Assembly: GCF_001194135.2 (NCBI RefSeq)
Contig: NC_069008.1
Location: 7,650,215-7,683,574, forward strand
Length of the DNA: 33,360 bases
Direction: 5' to 3'
From: Octopus bimaculoides
Lineage: Eukaryota
Positions 12,326-23,644 of the stretch are shown piece by piece (the first letter of the stretch is position 1; each line of letters begins with the position of its first letter). The position numbers were made by a program, and so were the translations under genes. Below the pieces are notes generated by a model, which was not told the origin of the DNA, did no database searches, and saw only the letters and a list, made by a program, of their open reading frames with translations.

Positions 12326-12483
12326 CAGGCCGTCATGTACACAAAGTGTATGTGTATACAAACATGGATGTATGTGCGTGTGAGAAATACAGAGCATAGA
12401 AAAGAGTCTATAAGAATGTTAGGTCAACCAAAAAACCGGGGGGGGGGGTATCTTCTAATGGAGGTATTTTAATCTTACCATTT

Positions 12484-12812
12484 GAGCAGCACATGCCCGG
12501 GGTTTCTCCGGGCCACTTTTTGGCCAGACAAAAAGCCACAGATCCTACTCATTGTGACAATTGCAATGTCCGATCTGCTGCTGTAATTGCAACTGGGATC
12601 ATAAGTGAAAGCTTTCCTAGCCTGTCAGCTGCAAATGTTATTCCTCCGCCGTTTTACTCGAACATTTTTTCAAAATCAATTTATACTTAAAACCTCCCCA
12701 GACACATAAGCAATGTGTGTGTGAAGTTTAAGAAAAACCGGTCAAGCTGTTTTGGCACAAAACGAGGATATACCGATACACACACACACACATTTTCAGT
12801 CTTAATATATCT
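12484..12812 (-). mobile_element. Short non-autonomous Helitron-like element, degraded
   Basis: GCCCGG-ggtttct-CCGGGC hairpin at ~12496-12515, in the same orientation as the Helitron 3' hairpin. (CA)n plus ttttcagtcttaatatat end typical of such elements. Termini eroded. Confidence 0.45.
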
Positions 12813-13132
12813 ACCAATGTAGTGTTGAGCACTCATTAACATCATTCAACATTTACATACATGTATATATATTGTCCCCAGCATGGAAGGCTGACGTTAA
12901 ATGATGATGACGATGTATATATATGCAGATACATAGGTACATATACGCACACACACATACTCATATATGTACGTATATATGTATACATATATATATATAC
13001 ATATGTGTGTGGATATATATCTGTGTTTGCGTGTGTGTATGTATCTATATATATATTGTCGGTAAATCATAAATCTGAAAGAGAAGCTCACTCTAAGTTA
13101 TAGAGCAATAGAATAATTAAATATAACTATTT

Positions 13133-13424
13133 ACGGCCAGTCTCTGGAGTTACTCTGGGTTTCACATCTATAAAGTGCTTAGCTTTATGGTGTTTCCTCA
13201 GACACTAATGGCCACTGGCCGATGACCTCTCTTCGAAATGGAGGGACAAATGATCTCGTAGCTACTTGCTCAACACTAGTACAAAAGGTTTCCAAGCATT
13301 CAAGGTTGTTTCTCCCTCCACATTGAAGAGAGGTTATCGGCCACCAACCATTAAGATCTCAAGAAATGTCATAAAGCTAAGTGCTTTCTAGATGTGAAAC
13401 CCAGGGTAACCCCGCAGAATAGCC
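13133..13424. mobile_element. Foldback MITE with long TIRs
   Basis: About 52-bp outer arms (13147-13199 / 13361-13412) and about 40-bp inner arms (13208-13247 / 13314-13353). Flanked by ATAACTATTT at 13123-13132 and 13425-13434. Confidence 0.8.
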
Positions 13425-13522
13425 ATAACTATTTTTATTTAATCTTTCTCTCTCTCTCTCAACACACACACATATATATACATATATATACATGTATATA
13501 AATATATGCATAAATATATTAT

Positions 13523-14100
13523 AGGTGCAGGAGTGGCTGTGTGGTAAGTAGCTTGCTTATCAACCACATGGTTCCAGGTTCAGTCCCACTGCATGGCATC
13601 TTGGGCAAATGTCTTCTACTATAGCCTCGGGCCGACCAAAGCCTTGTGAGTGGATTTGGTAGGCGGAAACTGAAAGAAGCCCGTCATATATATTCATATA
13701 TATATATATATATATATATGTGTGTATTTGTGTGTCTGTGTTTGTCCCCCTAGCATTGCTTGACAAATGATGCTGGTGTGTTTATGTCCCCGTCACTTAG
13801 CGGTTCGNNNNNNNNNNATTTGGTAGGCGGAAACTGAAAGAAGCCCGTCATATATATTCATATATATATATATATATATATATGTGTGTATTTGTGTGTC
13901 TGTGTTTGTCCCCCTAGCATTGCTTGACAAATGATGCTGGTGTGTTTATGTCCCCGTCACTTAGCGGTTCGGCAAAAGAGACCGATAGAATAAGTACTAG
14001 GCTTACAAAGAATAAGTCCCGGGGTCGATTTGCTCGACTAAAGACGGTGCTCCAGCATAGCCACAGTCAAATGACTGAAACAAGTAAAAGAGTAAAAGAG
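13523..14100 (+). mobile_element. tRNA-derived SINE family 1, full length (contains an assembly duplication around a 10-N gap)
   Basis: A-box-like TGGCTGTGTGG, B-box-like GGTTCAGTCCC, central (TA)n/(TG)n, 3' gtaaaagagtaaaagag. Confidence 0.9.
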
Positions 14101-14679
14101 TATGTGCACACACACACTTATATGTAAGATTTATAATCTGCCTTCTCTTCTTCATCATCCTCATCAAGCTGATCATTATCTTATGTCATCCTTTGATGAT
14201 GGCACGGGTATGTGTATATATGTGTGCACATAGACACGCACACAGACATCTACACACGCACGGCGCACATAATGGGTGATAACCGAAAATGCTGCTTGTA
14301 CAAGCCCAGGATAGATAATTATTCAGCAGTGCTTAGTGAGATCACAACCTTAAACTACATCATGGCGAAGTAGTCCAGATGCAGAATTGTCAGGTGAAGG
14401 AATAATACAAACTGAAAATATATCAAAGAAGAATGTGAGACCAAATATGTGTAAGGAAAGTATTTCTATGAAAAATTGTGAATACATGTGATGTGTGCAT
14501 GTCTTGCCTTTATGTTTCTGAGGAATATTGTCTCAGAACTGCATTTGCTTGCTTAATATGCATTTTTATTGCATCCAAATGCAGATTATTTGAAACAGCT
14601 GTAAAGACAAAATCTGCTGACATCATGTAAATGGTAAATGCAATTTTGCATATAAATATGTTCATTATATATATATCCT

Positions 14680-15173
14680 CCTCATTCAATGTCCATCCTC
14701 CATGCTAGCGCATGGGTTGGATGGTTTGATCAGAGCTAGTAAGACCAGGATCTGTATCAGGCTCCCTTGTCTGTTCTGGCAGGGTTTCTAGAGCTGGATG
14801 CCCTTCCTGATGCTAACCAATCAACAGAGTGTACTGGGTGCATCTTAGGTGGGACCAGCGCCAATACTTTTAACGTAGCACCAACATGAGTACATTTTAT
14901 GTGACATCAGCACCAGTATCAATTCTGCTGTGACCAATGGGCCTTTTTGAGCACAGCAAAGTACCAGATATCTCAGTCCTTTGTCCTCTCCTTCATAAGG
15001 TTCAGTGTCTTGAGATTGGCCTTCAGTACTTCATCCAATGCCTTCCTTGGTCTCCATCTTCCATATGTGCCATCCACTTTAAGTGATTATCACTTCTCTA
15101 TGCAATTGTCTACATCCATATGCATCACATGACCAAATCAACACACAGTCTTCTCTCTTGTGCACTGCACACA

Positions 15174-15175
<2 letters not shown>
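14680..15175 (-). mobile_element. RTE-clade LINE 3' end (ORF2 terminus plus 3' UTR)
   Basis: Minus strand encodes a GRPRK-like C-terminal remnant and continues directly into the family 2 repeat (ggaagggcatccagc...ccaacccatgc...). Confidence 0.7.

Positions 15176-15176
<1 letters not shown>

Positions 15177-15243
<67 letters not shown>
15177..15243. repeat. (TA)n microsatellite
   Basis: More than 30 perfect TA units. Similar (TA)n/(CA)n tracts at 16590-16770, 27640-27720, 28305-28340, 29368-29400 and 30660-30702. Confidence 0.95.
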
Positions 15244-15257
<14 letters not shown>

Positions 15258-15259
<2 letters not shown>

Positions 15260-15637
15260 CCTTTTACTTCTTTCAGTCATTTGACTGTGGCCATGCTGGG
15301 GCACCACCTTGAAGGGCTTTTATTGAACAAATCAACTCCAGGACTTATTTCTTACACCGAGTACTTATTGTAATCGTCTCTTTTGCTGAATCACACCAAC
15401 ACCAGTTGCCAAGAAGTGATTGGGGGACAAACACAGATGCAAAGACACACTCACACACACACACACATATATATATGGGTTTCTTTCTGTTTCCATCTAC
15501 CAAATCTACTCATAAGGCTTTGGTCAGCTCAAGGCTATAGTAGAAGACACTTCACTAAGGTGCCATGCAGTGGGGCTGAACCTGGAACCATGTGCCTGGA
15601 AAGCAAGCTTCTTACTACACAGCCACTCCAGTACCTA
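15258..15637 (-). mobile_element. tRNA-derived SINE family 1, near full length, antisense
   Basis: Reverse complement of the 13523 and 32232 copies along its whole length (cttttacttc...cagccactcc). Confidence 0.88.
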
Positions 15638-15706
15638 TGTGTATGTGTGTGTGTATAAATATATATACATATATATAGATATTTATATGTATGAATGTAT
15701 ATGTCC

Positions 15707-15745
<39 letters not shown>

Positions 15746-15824
15746 AATATATATATACACATATATAGATAGCTATATATGTACATATGTGTGTGTGTGT
15801 GTGTCTGTGTGAGTTTACGTATGG

Positions 15825-15980
15825 GTAGTTTTATATGCCAAGGACATCCAGCTGTAGAAACCATTCCAAATCAGACTGGAGTCTGGTGCAGCCTTCCAGT
15901 TTGCCAACCCTGGTCAAACCGTCCAACCCATGCCAGCATGGACAACAGATGTTAAATGATGATGATGATGATGATGATGG
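15825..15980 (+). mobile_element. Family 2 repeat, 3' fragment with (GAT)n tail
   Basis: ggacatccagctgtagaaacc...ccaacccatgccagcatgg...gttaaatgatgatgat. Confidence 0.75.
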
Positions 15981-16653
15981 ATGGATGTATGTATACATAT
16001 ATATAAGCATATGAATAAAACTGAGATATTTATGTTTATATATGTATGTATAATTATAATTATTCATATGGATATGTATTTATATGCATATACATATATA
16101 TGTATGTATATGCTTATAAATGGATACATCATCATCATTATTTTAAAGTCCGTGCACCAGCATGACTGCAGCCACTTGGCTGAAACACATAAATAAATAA
16201 ATAAATATGTAATGGTCAGATGGAATTCATTGAAACAGATTTCCTAATGCCAAATGTCCCTCCTCTCACCAACCCTCATCTCTTTCCATAGGCAGACACA
16301 TTCTTACAGAATAATGGAAATGAATGTCATTGGTTGTAAGAATCATTTCACACTTCACTTGCAATGATGAAACAAAGAAACACATGCATATGTATAATGG
16401 GCTTCTTTCAGTTTCCATCTAACAAATCCACTGGCAAGGCTTTGTTCGGGCAAGGGCTGTAATAAAAGACTATTTGCTACACAAATGCACAGAACTTAGA
16501 CCCATACATATGTGGGTATATATATATATATATATATGATCATCATCATCATCATTGGTTAACATCCGTCATGGCATGGATTGCACGATATATATATGCA
16601 TATATATATACACACACGTATATCCATACATATATATACATACAAATATCCAT

Positions 16654-16726
<73 letters not shown>

Positions 16727-16789
16727 NNNNNNNNNNATGTTTATATATATAAGTTTATATATATATATATATAATCAAAATGAATAAAA

Positions 16790-17340
16790 AATGCAAGATG
16801 GAAAGGTGTCAGCTCACTACAGCTGTTTCTTACATGACTTTTAATGAAAAATAAGTACATTTCATTACTGTAAAAAACCGTCTTCATCAGGTGAGAACAT
16901 AATTATTTCAAAATGCATGGGGTATCCCAGAAATGTGTCTGTCAAGGCTGGGCTATGCGAAGAAATAATCAACAAATGTTAGCCTTTGAATTGTTGTTCT
17001 TGAGATAGCGTAATATGATATCTAAGGTCAGTGCGGCTGGATGGGAGAAGAGTCAGTGCGGCTGGATGGGAGAAGAGTCAGCCAGACTAGAACAAGTGTA
17101 GACTCTGAAGATGATATATAGTAGGGCAAGAGTGGTGGTAATTAGTAGAGGTCATAAAGAACCATCAAGGGAAAATAAGGAGATAAATCAATTAACAATA
17201 TGGTGAAAGAAACTAAAATGTAAAAATAACAAAAGAAAAAGAAGAAAAAGGGAATCTGCTAGAGTATACCAACAATGTACTACTTAAAGTAACACATAGC
17301 ATAATGTGGACAAGCCCTTTAGATGCTAAATACTGATAGG
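16790..17340 (-). mobile_element. Dispersed repeat copy 1, probably a Penelope-like terminal/3' region
   Basis: Co-linear with 20965-21900. CTGATGA...GAAA motif on the minus strand. Internal 25-bp tandem duplication at 17027-17076. The PLE assignment is inferred. Confidence 0.6.
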
Positions 17341-18222
17341 ATTGGTTTTTCTCTGAGTGTGAAACTGATATATCCTTTGTTTAGTTGAAAGCTCTCACAT
17401 CCCTTTTAGATCTAAGTAGTGTACTTGCTTGTTTTTGTCGAACAATGACCAGCCCTGTTGTATATTAAAGACCAAAAGGTTGCTTGAAAGCACATAGCTT
17501 TCTATATGAGCCTGAGCAACAATTGTGCTTTCACTGCATTAAACTAATATTAACTTCAATTTATGTCATGTATATATTAAATTATATATATCTCTCACTG
17601 GATGGAGTACATTTTTGTTGCTAAAAGTAAAATTGAATAAATTATAATTATGGAGAAATATATTAAGCACATTTCGATACACTTGGATGTGGGAAGACCT
17701 TCCACTATGGAAATAATCTTGTGAATAAATTCTCTTCACAGAAAAATGTGTGAAAACCTATTGGGCTATGAATGACTTTATCAGGTGGTAGGATGCATGT
17801 ATTTCTGCGTCCTTACTTCTCATCAGTTACTAATATTCGTTTTTCATAGCCCTGTTCAGATAACAATAAATAGTACATTAGCTGATACACATTAAGCTTA
17901 GCCAAGCGAGAATAAATAACTTGAGTCACATCAAACAGTGTTGAAAAATATATAATTGCGTATAACCATATTTAACGAATAATTATTTCACAGTTTAAAT
18001 TTTAATCATTATCTTGTACAAGTTTAATTAAACATGGAACAGAATTACACTATCTCACAAAAACAAAATGAATGGTGCAATAAAAATGAGGAAAGTATTT
18101 TGGTGATAAAAGTGAAGTTCAAAATGACAAGGATTGCCCTTATATCAGTGTAGGTGTTTGCTTTAATTTAAATATATAATAAAACTAATTAACTTAAAGT
18201 GTATTGTTTCATGATTTTTCAG

Positions 18223-18316
18223 ATTGTCGTGACAAGAGTACTTACTGGAGAAGAATATGGTTGTGCTAACCTACACAAAACAATCCCGGCTAAATATTCA
18301 TGCAGACTACTGCAAA
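18223..18316 (+). CDS. Exon D (repeat 2, short exon): IVVTRVLTGEEYGCANLHKTIPAKYSCRLLQ
   Basis: Acceptor gatttttcag|ATT, donor AAA|gtaaga. 94 nt, phase 0 to 1. Parallels exon B (I-x-[LV]...T-x-E-x-Y-x-C...C). Confidence 0.88.
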
Positions 18317-18439
18317 GTAAGATTTTATTGAACAACTAAACCAATTACATATGGTCCCTATAACAGTGAAAAGAATTACAAGGGAGATGATCCTTGGTCT
18401 ACCTCTTCCACAGGTTCTCTCCACAGTTAGAGATCAGCA

Positions 18440-18880
18440 CTTCTTTATGCAGCTGCCCTCATTCATGCACATCACATGACAATACCAGTGCAGTTGCCTC
18501 TCTTGAACACCACATCTGATACCTCTTATGTGCAATCTTTCTCTCAAGATGCTTACACTTTGATATACATGCACACTAACATTTCACATCAATTGGAGCA
18601 TACTAGCTTCATTTCTTTCAAGCCTACACATGTTCTCTGCAGTCACAGCAGCCCATGTTTCACTGCTGTGGAGCATGGCTGTTTGCACGCAGGCATCATA
18701 CAATCTGCCTTTCACTTTGAGGGAGAGGCCCTTTGTTACCATCAAAGGTAGAAGTTCTCTGAATTTTGCCCATTCTATTTTTATTCTAGCACCTATGCTC
18801 TCAGAGCATCCACCTCTACTGCTGACTTGGTCACCTAGATAACAAAAGCTATCAACTACTTCTAGTTATCCCCCCTGACA
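18440..18880 (-). mobile_element. RTE-clade LINE fragment (RT C-terminal region)
   Basis: Minus strand encodes YLGDQVSSRGGCSESIGARIKIEWAKFRELLPLMVTKGLSLKVKGRLYDACVQTAMLHSSETW. Confidence 0.88.
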
Positions 18881-20519
18881 TTTGATGGAGTCTATTTTCT
18901 GTATATTTTCTGTGTTTTTATTTTCCATTAACCTTCCTCTGGTATTGCTGCATATCTTCTGTGTCCATAGCTTGCACTGGGTACACCTTAATGGAGTTTC
19001 TAATTATACCTTGTCTACATATTGAGCAGGGCCATCTTACTGCAAAGGATTTGTAATTTGTCAGCTTTCCTACTTCCTGAGACTTTGGTTTTTGCTAAAT
19101 TAACTCTAAGGCCCTTTGATTCTAGATCTTGCTACCACACCTGACATTCTTTCTACAGTTGTGGTAGTGATTCAGGTATAAGAACAAGGTCATTCAGGTA
19201 GAGAAGCTCCTGGGGGCAGCCCAACTAAAATTCCTCTGTTATTACCTGGAGGACTATGATGAAAAAGAGGGGCCTGAGTACTGATCCTTGCTATTTTTAT
19301 GTATGTATGTGTATATATTTCTATCAAACTTCCTCCAGGCTGAAATATTTGATTTATTTCACCATTTTTAAGGCTGGTAATATCAACAAGATGGTTTAGT
19401 AACCGTGTCTGATGTAAGCTGCATTTGAAGGAGTACATATAGATGGGAAAAGTCAGAGTGATTGAATGAGAAACAACTTATTGCACGACAAATATAGGCA
19501 GTCTGCTAGAGTGGAAAAAGTTTCATAAACCAACAGTGGATTGGATCCTGCTCTGTCTGATTTTATCTTTATCTTTAATTCATGCCAATACATACCTTGT
19601 TAAATGGGAACATGATGAGAAAATCTCACTTTTGGTATTATACAGTCTCTGGAGGTTCTTTGATTCATTAAAAGATACAGTTTCTAAAATGAGCTTATTC
19701 TTTTGACCTCTTAATAGAAGGACTGGTTTTAGAAGGGGTCTCCCAGTTGATTATATAGTTTATGTATGTGTTTTTAAGGATCTGTAAGGGAAGTTTTAAC
19801 TCCAGACACAACTACCATCTATTTTAGGCATCTCACAACCCTCTTGGCATTAATCTGGAGACTTGTAGAAATTTTTATAATAATATCATTACCCTCTTAA
19901 CTGACGGACAGCTCTACTATTGGCTAAACTACTTCATAACACACATTGTGTGTGTGTATGTATATATATATGAAGGCACCATACGAGCACCTACATTGCT
20001 AAAAATAGATGTCAGAAATACTTCTGTACCACAGAGTAGTCACAAATCTAATACAGGCATGGTAGGTAAAAATTCCAGTGAACATAGGACAGCATAAGCA
20101 ATACTGATCAACTTGGAACCGGTATCGAAATTAGCAACAAATAGGTGCCTGTTTCTCTTCAGCCAAAGTCTGCCAGTTTACTACTACTAAAATTTTCTCC
20201 CATCATGCCTGCAAATGTTTGTTTGAAGTGTCCAAACACTATTTAAACAAACAATTATATATATATATATCCAAGAAACTTAGGGGTTGTGAATCCAACC
20301 CATTTTCTGTCACTATATGTCATTTTTTAATTACTGATATGACATAATATGTCACGTGTTTCTATATTGTCATTATTGTCCTTTAGGTAAACAAATAAGC
20401 AAGTAAATTGACACAATACAATGTCTGCAAGTTGATGAATACCACCTATATACCTATATATATATATATATATNNNNNNNNNNNNNNNNNNNNNNNNNNN
20501 NNNNNNNNNNNNNNNNNNN

Positions 20520-20962
20520 GGCACCTGTACCAGTGGACCACTAAGAGCACTGTCTGAGCATGATTGTTGCCAGAGCACCAGCTGCCTGGCTGTCATGCAG
20601 GTGGCACATAAATAGCACCATTTGAGCGTGATCATTACCAACGTCGCCTTCCTGGCACTTGTGTCAGTGGCACATGAAAAGACATTTGAGCGAGGTCGTT
20701 GCCAGTGCCGCAGGACTGGCTCCTGTGCAGGTGGCACATAAAATACACCATTTCAAGTGTGGCTGTTGCCAGTACCTCCTGACTGGCCTTCATGCCGGTG
20801 GCACGTAAAAGCACCCACTACACTCTCGGAGTGGTTGGCGTTAGGAAGGGCATCCAGCTGTAGAAACTCTGCCAAATCAGATTGGAGCCTGGTGCAGCCA
20901 TCTGGTTCACCAGACCTCAGTCAAATTGTCCAACCCATGCTAGCATGGAAAGTGGACGTTAA
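20520..20962 (+). mobile_element. Family 2 repeat, longer copy with tandem ~60-bp subunits (…caggtggcacataaa…caccattt…)
   Basis: Repeated tgccagtgcc/gtggcacat units, followed by the shared ggaagggcatccagctgtagaaac...ccatgctagcatggaaag core. Confidence 0.75.
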
Positions 20963-20964
20963 TA

Positions 20965-21900
20965 AAAATGCAGGATGGAAAAGGTATCAGCTCACTACAG
21001 CTGTTTCTTATGTAACTTTTAATGAAGAATGAGTACATTACATCACTATAAAAAGGTGAGAACATAAGTATTTCAAAATGAATGGGTTATCCCAGGAATG
21101 TATCAGAAGAGTGTCTGTTGAGGCCAGAATATTTGAAGCAACTGACCAAGAAATTCTAGCCTTTGAATTGTTGTTATTGAGACAGTGTAATATGATATCT
21201 AAGGTCAGTGTGGCTGGCTGGGAAAGGAACCAGCCAGGCTAGAGTAAGTGTTGACTTTGAAGAAGATAACTGGTAGTAGTTTGTGATTAGGGGAGGTCAT
21301 AAAGCACTATTAAGGGCAAGTAAGGAGATAAATAAATCAATTAGCAAATGGAGAAAGAAGCTAAGATGTAAAAAAAAAATAATGAAAAGCAAAAAATAGA
21401 ACAGAATAAAGGCTAATGAAAAAATAAGTAAAAAAAAAGCAATATTACAGTAAACTAAATAGTAACCAAATTCAGGGTGGAGTCAGGGTATAAGAATCAC
21501 TATCAATGGTAAAAATATAGAAAAACTCAGGGTTCTACAGCGTAAACTTGTTGGGAAGATGGGTGGGTGGGCAGGTGGAGAGGAACTAAATAGGCCATTA
21601 GACTTTACGGAATTAAAAATTTAGTATGAGCGAATATAACATACGGAGTTAGTTTACAAAAATAAGTTTAGTATTTAAAATTTAAATTATAAATTTAAAG
21701 TTGGACAGGGTAATACAATGAACTACACCAAGAAGTTCATTGTGATTATAATATACCAAGGGAATCTGCAATCTGTTTGGATACCCTAAGAGTATAACAA
21801 CGTACTATTTAAAGTAACATGTGAATTGGAAAAGCCCCTTAAGTGATAAATACTCAAAGGGTTAGTTTTTTTTTCTCCGTGAGCTAAAGCCGAGATATCC
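20965..21900 (-). mobile_element. Dispersed repeat copy 2 (same family as 16790-17340), probably Penelope-like
   Basis: Shares tcagctcactacagctgtttctta, ggtgagaacataa, tagcctttgaattgttgtt and taatatgatatctaaggtcagtg with copy 1. Confidence 0.6.
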
Positions 21901-22097
21901 TACCCAATACCTTGACACCAACCAACCATTGGCTGGAACCACAGACATTATTCAACCCTACCTGGTGCATACTTTTCAAGTACATGATTCTTTTGGAATC
22001 CTCATCTCATTTATTATACAAACATACATACATATATATATATATTGTGTACATATACACTCACGTACTGACTAAAAGAAATTTTTATTTATTTCAG

Positions 22098-22324
22098 GTA
22101 AAAATTGGCAGCTGAGAATTATTTCTCCTGAAGAACATGAGCAAACTTTCTTTGTGGAAATAATTCAAGATACATTATCTTTTTTCTCTAGAGGTTTAAT
22201 TTGGCGAAATCTCTGTAAACATGGATTTGACTGTGTTGACAATTTCAATTTGAAGACGTATGAAGATAATGAAATAACAGGCTTAAAACTGCATTTCTTG
22301 GATAAACCTCTCAGAATCAATGAT
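22098..22324 (+). CDS. Exon E (repeat 3, long exon): SKNWQLRIISPEEHEQTFFVEIIQD...DNFNLKTYEDNEITGLKLHFLDKPLRIND
   Basis: Acceptor tttattttatttcag-type tract ending atttcag|GT. In frame with ORF 22154..22354. Donor GAT|gtaaaa is weak but sits at the position equivalent to the donors of exons A and C. Confidence 0.8.
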
Positions 22325-22663
22325 GTAAAAAAATATTTTATTAACCCATTTTAAAATATCTAATGATGATAGGGAAGCAAATGGCATAATTTATGTTAGA
22401 GAATTTGAGATTTCAAAATGACTGGGTTCAAAATACTAGTAGAGCCAACTTGAAAATCTTCTCTGAAAATATTTATAGACCCACCCCTCCACCACTAAAT
22501 AACCCATCCTATTACCTTTCAAGTCTGTGTTGTCTTTTTTTCACAACCTTGTTAATTTTTTCTCTCTTCCCTCCTTTATTCCTCCAAACCANNNNNNNNN
22601 NNNNNNNNNNNNNNNNNNNNNNNNNNNNNNNNNNNNNNNNNNNNNNNNNNNNNNNNNNNNNNN

Positions 22664-22671
22664 CGGCGACG

Positions 22672-22703
<32 letters not shown>

Positions 22704-22760
22704 AGTTGTGGTGGTGGAGATGGTGATGAGGATAATGAGGGTAATATTGATGATGAAGGT
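22664..22760. repeat. (GGC)n tract grading into (GGT/GAT)n low complexity, next to an N-gap
   Basis: About 12 GGC units at 22664-22702. Confidence 0.9.
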
Positions 22761-23536
22761 GTTACTTGTTTCAAAATAAACTCTTCCTTCACAAAATGTC
22801 ACTTTTCACATGAATAAGCAAAACTTCATCTCCAGTGCTGTTTAAGTCTCACTAGTTTAGTCCACCTTACTGTGAATAGGTACCCCTAAGTGCTACATCT
22901 TACCACTGTATGCAGTGGGAGCTGTGTATAATTGTTGACTGTTCTATTGCTCTGCACTACTAAATCCATGTCCTACCATTAGTGTTGCATGGAGAGCCAT
23001 TCTCTTAAATCTTATGCTCATCTACAGTTCTCTGTGTTTTAACTCCCTGTTCAAAGAAGGATTTGGCCAAAAGAGAGTAAAAAAGGGTAGGTATGTTCAG
23101 AACGTAATAACTTCCTTTATAATCGATGGATTTCAATGATATGGGTCATATCCTGCGCCACTGGTTTGTGTACCTAGTGATGAGGTGCATTTTCAAGTGG
23201 TTCACAAACGAGCGGTTTATGACGTTAAGAGTTAATTAGGATCAAAAGTGCTAATCACATGTTTGATGGATATTTCTGGACAGGAGAATAGTCAGGCAGT
23301 AGAATCTATATATTGAACTGTGTGATATAAATATTATTGGTTGTTTGATTGATTGATTGACTTGGAGGGAGGTGGGGGATGGAAAGAATTTAATGTCTCT
23401 CCCCTACAAAATGTAGAGACAAATAGAGAGTGCTAGGACGAATGAGATCAACACCTTCACAAAGAACTGAGGGAACTCAGAATCAATACTCAAACAGCTG
23501 AGTTGAGCAAATAATATTTCAAATCTATCATTTCAG

Positions 23537-23636
23537 ATAAGTTTGAGGAATGATTACTCAGAGTATAAATTCAAAGCAACAAAAGAAAGCAAAATTGAGT
23601 ATCACGCGGTGACAGAATTTATTCCAATAACAAAAG
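23537..23636 (+). CDS. Exon F (repeat 3, short exon): ISLRNDYSEYKFKATKESKIEYHAVTEFIPITK
   Basis: Acceptor tcatttcag|ATA, donor AAG|gtatgt. 100 nt (same length as exon B), phase 0 to 1. Confidence 0.82.
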
Positions 23637-23644
23637 GTATGTGG

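Noticed and set aside
13654-13971. About 154-bp direct duplication inside the SINE (13654-13807 and 13818-~13971)
   Set aside because: The two copies are essentially identical and separated by exactly 10 Ns, which is typical of an unmerged contig overlap and not of a real tandem duplication.
15083-16787. Many YI/HT/CV-repeat ORFs
   Set aside because: Translations of (TA)n, (CA)n and (TG)n microsatellites.
22393-22817. Poly-Pro/poly-Ala/poly-Gly ORFs over the (GGC)n tract
   Set aside because: These are simple-repeat translations that span an N-gap, have no splice context and do not fit the gene's phase chain.
23039-23235. Possible piggyBac-type MITE (TTAA-CTC...GAG-TTAA)
   Set aside because: The inverted match is only 7 bp including TTAA, which is too short to distinguish from chance in AT-rich DNA.
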